From Moniliella sp. 'wahieum' (taxonomy: Eukaryota), in contig RSEE01000077.1 in the NCBI GenBank assembly GCA_003971905.1, positions 310,001 to 331,014 on the forward strand: a DNA stretch of 21,014 nt. Reading direction: 5' to 3'. Position numbers and translations under genes: made by a program. Within the stretch, counting starts at the first letter, position 1. The number at the start of each line of letters is the position of its first letter. Of the stretch, positions 1-8,161 are shown one piece after another. The notes under the pieces are model-generated. The model worked only from the letters and a program-made list of their open reading frames with translations, did not search any database and had not been told where the DNA came from.

Positions 1-333
1 CAACGCTCCACTTGAACGTTCAACTGCCCAGCGCCAGCCCTGTCTTTGCCGGCGCATTCCACAGCACGCTGGCCCAGTGCCCCGCCAACCCTGCTGCAGA
101 CGCCAGCGATCGAGCGCCGATGCTCGATGCCCCGATTCGATATCATCGTCACACACCCGCCCTCCATCCGCCCGCACCGCGCCAGCCTTGCCGCCCCCTC
201 TCCATCGTCGACGCCCACACCCAGTATAACCTCGCACATTCCATACCACAGCATCGCATAGCATCGCATTTCCGCCATTCAGTAGCACCAGTACCATTAG
301 GACACACCAAACAGGAGCCCGCAGCAGCGTCCC

Positions 334-1602
334 TCACCGTCCCAGCCCCCCCCTCATTCCGTCGAGTTGCGCAGCGGGCTGGGCGCATGCGTCGCGTGCA
401 GCGGCGGCGTCACCTCTCTCCGCGTCCTTGGCGCTGCCGTGCTGGGAGCGGCAGCCGAATTGGAATGACTCGACGGGGTGCTGGCACTGCTTTTGGCTGC
501 CTCGCCCCGCCAGTTCCAGCTTGCGCAACTTGGCTTCCAGCCCCGGCATCTTGCCCGCCTCGTCGTACGTCTCCTGGGAGCGGTACGGTTGCGACGCATT
601 GTACGGCACCTCGGTAAACAACACCGACACCGACTCGCCATAATGCGACGCCGAATCGTCTCGGCCAGCACGTGCGAAATATCAATCTCCTCCAACTTGG
701 CACACGCCAGCATGTTGCGCGTCTGCGGCAGCGTGTTGGTCACAATCAGTTTTTCCAACGACGAGTTGCTGATCCGTTCCAGCGCCGGGGCCGAAAGGAT
801 GCCATGGTGACCAACGCCAGCACCCGCTTCGCGCCATTCTCCGTCAACTTGCGCGCGGCCAGGTCGAGCGTGCCACATGTATCCGCCATATCGTCCACCA
901 GCACCGCCACCTTGCCCCGCACATCCCCCACCAGCACCATGCGCGACACCTCGTTGGCCCGCTTGCGCTCCTTGTGGAACAGGGCAAAATCTACATTCAG
1001 CCGGTCGGCAATCGACGTTGCCCGCTTCGCGCCTCCGGCATCCGGCGAGACAATCACCACCTCGTCCAAATCCTCCATCTCGCGAATGTACTGCAGCGTA
1101 GCGGGCTCGGCGTACAGATTGTCAACCGGCACATCAAAGAAGCCTTGGATTTGCGATGCGTGCAGGTCCATCGTGATCACATGATCGCATCCTGCTTTTT
1201 CTAGCATGTTGGCAACCAGTTTGGCCGTGATGGGCGCACGCGACTTGTCCTTCTTGTCTTGACGCGCATAGTAAAAGTGTGGGATGACCGCCGTCACGCG
1301 CTTGGCCGAAGCCACCTTGCACGCATGAATCAGAATCAGCGTCTCCATCAACGACGTGTTGGGCGACGTGAACGGCTTGCCCACCGTCGTTGGCGATGCG
1401 GTGGGGGTGACACAGGACGTGTTGATGATGTACACATCGTACTCCCGCACACTTTCCATGACACGGATCACCGACTCGCCAGCTCATTGCGACCAACCAG
1501 CGCCTTGCCCAACGGAAGACCCAGCCGACGGGCAATCTGCGAGGCCAGCTCGGGGTGAGAGGTGCCGGCAAAGATTTTGATGCCACCCGGCGTGTTCTCC
1601 AT
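334..1602 (-). CDS. PRS: Ribose-phosphate pyrophosphokinase (PRPP synthetase), class I; three apparent frameshifts (about 1481, 806, 648)
   Basis: ATG at 1602 gives [28 protein letters not shown]. Continues in ORF 746..1471 ([61 protein letters not shown]-binding [13 protein letters not shown]), ORF 354..878 ([20 protein letters not shown]) and ORF 334..630 (ESVSVLF). The 3' end is less certain. Confidence 0.95.
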
Positions 1603-1716
1603 CGTGAATGAGGATCAGAAACAACGGGGACCAAAAGGGGAAAAGGGCGGACTAGGTCCAATTGCCTGGTGTAGGGTGTTGGGGGCGTGGCGATGACGGC
1701 GCGAGGTGTGGCGTTT

Positions 1717-1748
1717 GCTGCGACTGCGGCTGCGGCTGCTGCTGCTGC
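1717..1748. repeat. Imperfect (GCT/GCG)n trinucleotide repeat upstream of the PRS start
   Basis: gctgcgactgcggctgcggctgctgctgctgc read directly. Confidence 0.6.
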
Positions 1749-2032
1749 AAGCAGGCGCGGTGGATGTGGGGGTGAAGAGCGGTCGAACAGGCGGCCCTTT
1801 TCCGAAAAAAAGTGGTGGCTGCTGCCGGTCCCGGCCGGTCCCGGCGGGTTCAGGGTTGCATGTTGCACCGATGGAAATCAAATTGGGAGGAAGCGTGCTG
1901 GTTGCAATTTCAACCCCGCTGGGGTTGGGCGCCACCAGTTGTCGCCTCGTGGTATTGCCATGATGCTGCGTTTGGAAGACTTTTTCCTCCACCACCTGGG
2001 CAAAACGGGGGAATAGGGAGGTTCGAGGGACC

Positions 2033-2037
2033 AAAAA
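2033..2037 (-). terminator. RNA polymerase III oligo-T terminator of tRNA-Gly
   Basis: TTTTT on the minus strand 3 nt after the discriminator base (plus strand ccaaaaagga). Confidence 0.75.
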
Positions 2038-2040
2038 GGA

Positions 2041-2135
2041 TGCTTCAAAGGGGAATCGAACCCCTGTCACATCGACGTCTTGCTGGACTTGCATCGTGCT
2101 GGCAACGATGTAGTATACCACTAACCCATTGAAGC
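2041..2135 (-). tRNA. tRNA-Gly-GCC: tRNA-Gly (anticodon GCC) with a 24-nt intron (2076..2099)
   Basis: Minus strand reads GCTTCAA TG GGTTAGTGGTATACTA CATCG TTGCCA [gcacgatgcaagtccagcaagacg] T CGATG TGAC AGGGG TTCGATT CCCCT TTGAAGC A. Perfect 7-bp acceptor stem, A-box and B-box, CATCG/CGATG anticodon stem, intron one base 3' of the anticodon. Confidence 0.95.
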
Positions 2136-2432
2136 GGATGATACTGATCGGATCAACATTTAACACCGCCCTAAACCATGTCGACCCGCGTCTACACACA
2201 CTCTCTTCCTCGTACTCGCCTGCGCCTGACGCTTACCACCTCAAACGCTGCGCCTGCATCAAGCCACAGGAAACCTACTGCTGAATTCATAGCATTGGCA
2301 GAATTGGAGACAGACAAGGACAAAGAAACGCTGTGCCCACCAGGCTCGGCCATTGAGGCAGAACGACGTAGTGGGTTATTGCATACGTGTCAATCTGGGC
2401 GCCCTGGGTCCCCTCCGCCATTAACACCCTCA

Positions 2433-3455
2433 TCAGTGGGGCCAGACCAACAACGTGCCAAAACAGAAGATCCGTAGATCACAGAAGCGTACCGAGCCCA
2501 TCGCCTTGAGCGAGTGAAGGTAGTACGCTTCCAAGCCCTGGTCGGTAGCCTCTCGTCGCCCACGGGTACGCCCGTGAGGGAAAGCGTAAGCGTAGTGGAC
2601 CCAGGCCCTTCCTCCAGTGGTGGTCAGTTCACCCGTATGCCCAGCAGGCCAGGTGGACAGGCGCCAGCTCTGCTTGAGTTCCGTAGGCCGCTTCGAGACA
2701 AGGTGTGGCCAGTCACGTTGCCCCCAAACAGGGAGAAGGCTCCACCTGGCACCAAGTTGACCTGCGCCGGTGCCTTGGTCCACATCGGAATCTTTTGAGG
2801 GTTGGTCAGCAGCTCCCACAGATCGTCCGCGCTGATCATCAGGTTGGTAGTGTGGGTGAGCGTCTTGGGCGATGTGCTGGTCGTCGTCTTCTTGGCCGCA
2901 GCGGAGGCTGGGGCGGACGAAGGTTGCGCCGGGGCGGCAGCGGGGGTCGAAGCAGCAGTACCAGTGGCCGCAGATTCGGCCCCGGCCCCGGCAGCGTCGT
3001 GACCCAAGATGGCCGCGTGGGAAGCAATGAGCTCTTCACGGAAGGCATGCAACTTGGGCAAAAGCTTGGGAACGAGTTGCTTGCGCACGGCATCGTAGAT
3101 CTTTGGCTGTCGTTGCCCGCCTCCGAGGTGGTCATTTCCGATTGCCACGTGTACTCGTCGCCCTCGTCTTCCACTTCGTGGCTGACCTCGGGGAAGGTAA
3201 GGGTACCCTTGGTCGTACCCGCCGTATCCTGCCAGGTGAGGGTGATGGAGGTGTCGTAAATGGTGATGAGTTTTCCCTTGCGGTTGCCCAGCTCAACGTC
3301 GCCATCAAAGGCAGTGACAGCCGTTGTCGACACCTCCCTTCCCCGACTGGAGAAGGGATGGACACGCCGACGAGCGACGACTCAAAGTACGTCTTGGCCC
3401 AGGGCGTGCAGCCGTGGGAGCGCCAATGGTAGAACTTGTTCCACTGCTGCGACAT
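2433..3455 (-). CDS. AHA1: Activator of Hsp90 ATPase Aha1 (N-terminal domain plus AHSA1/START-like C domain); several frameshifts, 3' end uncertain
   Basis: MSQQWNKFYHWRSHGCTPWAKTYF (NxxxHW-type start), FDGDVELGNRKGKLITIYD (RKxK motif), GTLTFPEVSHE, then ADDLWELLTNPQKIPMWTKAPA, GGAFSLFGGNVTG, QSWRL, GLEAYYLHSLKAMG across ORFs 3132..3455, 2839..3333, 2624..3148 and 2433..2819. A possible GTACGC donor near 2492 suggests a last intron. Confidence 0.92.
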
Positions 3456-3565
3456 GGTGTGGTCCCTGGTCCCTCCAACAAGCGGGGTGGTGGTCGGGGC
3501 GGGCTTATTTAAGTCTAGGGGGCGGACGGCATGACGAGAAGCCCGTCATCGATCTCCCCTTGGTC

Positions 3566-3583
3566 TTCTGCGCCATTCTAGAA
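3566..3583. promoter_or_regulatory. Gap-type heat-shock element upstream of AHA1
   Basis: TTC-tgcgcca-TTC-ta-GAA about 110-130 bp upstream of the AHA1 ATG, with TATA-like TTAAATAA (minus strand) at 3505..3512. AHA1 is a known Hsf1 target in yeast. Confidence 0.65.
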
Positions 3584-4187
3584 ACCGAGCCGGGCAGAAG
3601 GCCGGAGAGGACAGAGTGCTAGGGTTACCAACCCTAGTGTTGCTGAACCAGTGCGTCCCACTCACAGCCTTTAGAATTGTTTCAACTTTCAACCGTCGGC
3701 ACTTGGTGCTGGGGAGGAACACTCGTGGAAACCACCTTGGGGCCTTGGCAGCCCTCAGCGCCTTAGCTCCATATTCCGCACTCCGTCCTCAAGATCATGT
3801 TGATCATAAGCCCCACCATCCACTCGCTCTTTGCTCGCCAACATCTTTGAGGGCAAAGAGTTTTATTTTTGGGCGTCACTGCGAGAGAGCAGGACCAAGC
3901 CATGAATACCAAACGACGCAGCAGATGAACAAAACACCAACTTGGCTCACTTAGCTAGAAGCAAGAGACGTGCGCACGCAGCCCACTGTATCAATGGGCC
4001 GTCTCCGTTCCACCATTCACAGCACCACTCTCCCCTCGAGGCAGAAACGGTACCATACAAGAACGTCGTATACGTACGTAGCCATGGGCCAGGGCAACTT
4101 GCGGTTTGACAAACAAGGTAACAGGATAATCCAGGCCAGGAAATAGGGTTAGGGCAGATGGGACAGGAATCCGAGGACAGAGGCGAT

Positions 4188-4607
4188 TTAACGCTTGGCT
4201 TGCAACGCAGCTTCTGCACGGCCATCATACAGGTAAGGTGGTTAGTAGTCAGTACAGCGACAAAGCAGCTAGCTGGATCAACAGCGTACCTCGCCGTGTG
4301 GCGTCCTCAAGGAGAGCAGTGTCTACAGCTTCCGGAGGGATGTGAACGTAGCGCACGACCGAGGAGCGAACGAAGACGGAGGTGACGGCCGCCATGTGCG
4401 GATGGGCCGCCTCGTTGAGGACAGAAATGTTGTCCAGCTTGAAGTTGAGGAACTGGTCGACGCTCTTGAGCGTGCCCCGGATGGCCAGGTCGTTCTTGAG
4501 CTCAATGGTGACTGTCTGGTCGGTGAGGGTCTTGAAGGCGGAGAAGATCAACTGCAAGGCAGCGCAAACAGTCAGTCAGAGGCAGCGAGTGCGTGAATGC
4601 GTACCAT
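4188..4607 (-). CDS. LSM2: U6 snRNA-associated Sm-like protein Lsm2; coding exons 4607-4605, 4551-4290, 4213-4188
   Basis: Spliced product MLIFSAFKTLTDQTVTIELKNDLAIRGTLKSVDQFLNFKLDNISV...VFVRSSVVRYVHIPPEAVDTALLEDATRREAALQAKR*. Introns 4552..4604 (GTACGC..CTGAC..CAG) and 4214..4289 (GTACGC..CTAAC..CAG) give an intact frame. Confidence 0.96.
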
Positions 4608-4799
4608 GGAGGGCGGCGCGCTGGGTCCACACGCGTGGACGGCTGGGGAGGAGGGGGAGCTGTTCCGTAGAGGAGGTGGCTGTGGCAGCGATCGATGATC
4701 ATTGGGGGCGGAATGATTAATGGCGCTGGGCAAATTCCGGGTGAGCGGGGGAGGCCTGCGCTCGGTGTGTTGATTGATGAAGCAGGGCCGGCCAGTCCA

Positions 4800-6785
4800 A
4801 TGTCCAACGGCAACGCCGTTGAAGCGCGTCCGCAGCGCTCTCCTCTCGCGTTAGCGTCACCTGGATCCCGCCAAGGTGTTATGCTATGGCCAGAGGCACC
4901 AACGCCGACGGCGAGCGACGCGCCGACTGGCAGCTCAGTACTTGACCTGACCGCCGCGCTCGCCACAACCGCGCGGCCAAGCGGCAGCCACCGCGCGCCT
5001 GGACGCGCTGCACGCTGCTGGCACCCAGCTCAATACGTTGGCCGTGCGTCTTGACCAAGCTGAAGCGTTCCCAGAGGAGGATAGCCAGCTCGTCGTCGCA
5101 CCAATTACCGTCCCGATCGATGTCCACAACCCCTTTGGGCCTGACCACCAACTCACACAGCTCGATCCTCCCCGTGCTCGCCTGCGCCAGATTGCGTCGA
5201 CAGCAGGACGTGTGCAGGTACTGGGTGCGCTCGAGATCCAGCGCTTGCGCTCGGCCGTGATCGGTGCCGCAACGAATACATTGCTGCCGCTACAGCCACT
5301 CGGGAAGCATATCCTGGCTCGCCGAGTTGGCGCAGGAGCTTCTTTCGACACCGCTGCCGCGCTACAGGAGCTCGCTCAACGGTCCCCTCCCAATTTGGTT
5401 CAGGAGGCAACAGAGTTGCCTGACGAGATCAAACTGTTACTCGCTCTCCCCATGCCTTCGTCTTTGCCCTGCATCAAACGGCTCCCCCTTCCCCCTACTT
5501 CTTCTCCTTTCGTCTCCCAATTCAGCGAGGCCAGGGACGATGGCGGGAGCTCGGACGAAGATGACCTCGCCCGATGAGGTTGACTTGCTCAACTGGGCCT
5601 CCATCGCGAGCCGGGTCCGCACCATTTCCCCTCCTGAAACATGCAGGACGCAGTGGCTGATTCATTCCCGCCCTGCCTTGATCCCTAGCTTGGTTCTAGC
5701 AGACCAATGGGAGAAATTTCGCGTCGCTGCCTCCTGCGCGGCCAGGCAGTTGTCGGAATGGCAGACGAGGTGGGTGACTCGCTCGCCTTGTCCTACTCTC
5801 TGGTCAACGGGGAAAAGGAAGCTTCTTTTCTCGTTTGAAAGATCAACGTGTCCACAAGGGATCGAGGCTGGACTCAATTGGCGGGGGAGTTGTACCCCGA
5901 AGGGGATCGATCTCCTACCGGATCTGTCCAATACCGTATGCTTACTACGCCCAATCCCGTCTCGTGTCACAAGCTGATACGTCTGCCTCTTTCACTTCCA
6001 TCGAGACGGACGAGGGTTGGGACAGGCAAGCGTTTGCTCCTTGGCTTCCTCGGGGGATTGGAGGATTGTTAACAACCGAACCAGAGCAAGCTGAGGTACG
6101 CGATCTTGTCCAGCGCTATGGGCCTCGGTGGGGATTCTTTTATGAACTTGAAGCCGCCGCCGCGGAAACAGCACCGGGTGGTCTGGCTCAGAAGAAGGCC
6201 GACGTCGAGCCAAGGAGGCGCGCTTACCTGCTTCTATGGCCTACAATTATTACACCTCATCCTCCAGCTGGACAGAGAAGGAGGACCAAGTGCTAGAGGA
6301 GTTGGTTGGGCTCTACACCACTGCTGAATCTGGTCAAGACAATGGCCGAGATGGTAATTCTTCGATTCCAGCCACCACAGACGACAGTACCGGTCCACCT
6401 GAGCGATCAGCCGCCTTGGAAGTCACCCCATTGAACACGGAGGCATCCATCGCTGCGGTCGACGCGTTGCCTTGGCTCGTGGTCCGTCGCGCACTTCCAG
6501 GAAGAACGTTGCGACAATGTCGCCGGCGGTGGGCGCAACTCACTTTTCGTCCTACTTCTCCTACTGATCCTTCTACCTCTTCCGTGCGGGGCGGCGTGAC
6601 CCGTGGGCGCCCGCGCGGACGTCCACGTGGGTCTCGTTCCGTGCAGCTGCCCGGCCAAGATCAAGCACGCCCACGATGCCCGCTCCACCGAACGGTACCG
6701 AGGTTACCAGGGGCACGGGGCGAGGACGAGGGCGTCCCGAGGCCGTCCTCGAGGGTCAGGACGGGGCACGAAGAGAGGGAAGTAA
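4800..6785 (+). CDS. Myb/SANT-repeat DNA-binding protein, SNAPC4 (SNAP190)-like, with C-terminal AT-hook motifs; frameshifted, boundaries approximate
   Basis: Myb-type segments NWASIASRVRTISPPETCRTQWLIHSRP (ORF 5264), VRDLVQRYGPRW (ORF 5835), WTEKEDQVLEELV...LPWLVVRRALPGRTLRQCRRRW (ORF 6236); RGRPRGRPRG and RGRPRG AT-hook-like cores. The Myb call is well supported; the SNAPC4 assignment is inference. Confidence 0.7.
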
Positions 6786-6933
6786 GTCCCCATCATTATC
6801 CTATTCGTGATCCAGCACCAATATGCTGGTCTATACCCTGTTTGCTTTTGTGGCGACCCCTTGGGGTGCAGCGCTGGTTCATGCTTCAAGTTCGAGAGGG
6901 TATATTTGTATGAATGAGGGCCATGTACTTGCC

Positions 6934-6960
6934 GAGCGATTGGATGAGCGATTGGATGAG
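6934..6960. repeat. 12-bp tandem duplication (GAGCGATTGGAT)x2 between convergent genes
   Basis: gagcgattggatgagcgattggatgag read directly. Confidence 0.8.
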
Positions 6961-6978
6961 GTCTTGCTCGCCCTCCGA

Positions 6979-7909
6979 TCACGATACAGGAAGAGAATCG
7001 GATGGCTGTACATTTTTGCTCATAATAACATAGTCGCAATCGGGATCCTCAAGAGGCGTCAGGTTGTCCACCTCAAAACTGGAGAAAGAAATCAGCAAGC
7101 GAGTCGAGAGGTATAGATGAGGAAACTCACCCGGAACGTTGGTACAGTCGTTTGGCTCCATCGTTGAACTGAAAACAGGTAAGACGCACTTGCTCCATCC
7201 CCACTTGTTCTGCCAACCGGGTCAGACGCCCAAGCATCCACGATCCGATCCCCTTCCCTCGGAAAGATGATCTGACTTGCACCTCGTACAAGTATGCGCA
7301 GCTGGCCTCTGAAAATCGTCTCTTTTTGCGTTCCTCGGGTCCATAAGGATCTGTGTCAAACTGGAACATGATGTACCCGGCAACTTGTTTCTTGGAGCTC
7401 TTGTTCGAATGAGACATAACCCGGGCCCGCTTGCCGGTAACCCAGTCCAATGTGGGAGGGAAAGAGAGGCGCGTTTGCGTTTAGGATTGGGTTGGCCTGA
7501 GTGTCTTTATGGCGTCGGATTGAGAAGTAGCACAAACGATACACGCGTGCTCGGCATTTCTCGGCACTCATCATCTTGGTGTTTGTTCGCCGGCTCGCTT
7601 GGGCGTCGTACAAGATGAGGAACCGAGATTTGGCCATGCGCATTTCTCCCGTTTGATACGCGGACTCCAGCCCTGGGATGAACGTCGTACAGGGGCTTCA
7701 TATTGGCCTCCAGAAGTGAGAAAAGGTCGCGTTCCTGCTCCCGGGTCAAGTCGGAAGACGCGACGAGCTCAAGCTGGTAAGCGTGGCCTTGGATCGTGGC
7801 CTGGATGGGCGACGCCGGGGACACATCTGTTGTAATGGGACACAAGCTCAGCACATGAGAGACGGGCTGCATTCTCGGCCGCCTGGTGGGGTGTTGGGCT
7901 GGCTGGCAT
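6979..7909 (-). CDS. NAT4: GNAT acetyltransferase, N-alpha-acetyltransferase 40 (Naa40/Nat4, NatD)-like; intron 7079..7130; frameshifted, start approximate
   Basis: LFSLLEANMKPLY, MRMAKSRFLI, VAGYIMFQFD, YLYEVQVRSSFRGKGIGSWML (acetyl-CoA motif), VRLTCFQFNDGAKRLY. A GTGAGT..CTGAT..CAG intron joins QRSG to FEVDNLTP..DYVIMSK, typical of Naa40 C-termini. Confidence 0.85.
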
Positions 7910-8161
7910 GGACGCGTAGGCAGCCGCAAAGGTGGTGGTTGGGGCTGCCCGCGGTGGCACTGGACTGTGCTCCGACCGCGTCCCTTTCAACTTTCAACTT
8001 TCAATCTGGCACAGGTGCGTGAGCTAATAGCCGTGTGCGACGGGTCATCCCCCCATAGTCCATCGATTATGTGAGGCCAACCAGCAATCCAAGTCAGGCT
8101 GACGGATGCCGCTGATAGATAACCTGCGACCACGCCTCCTCGACATCCACGCCGCTGGGTC

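Noticed and set aside
3665..3810. U5 loop-like GCCTTTAG and U2-like AAGATCA motifs
   Set aside because: Neither matches the invariant sequences (U5 GCCTTTTAC; U2 AAGATCAAGTGTAGTA) or has the required flanking stems.
3827..3870. Hairpin plus T-tract resembling a bacterial rho-independent terminator
   Set aside because: The context is eukaryotic (spliceosomal introns, nuclear genes); the structure is treated as a candidate RNA element instead.
6823..7116. 97-aa plus-strand ORF
   Set aside because: It is antisense to the last exon and intron of the Naa40-like gene and includes a 12-bp tandem duplication; no recognisable domain.
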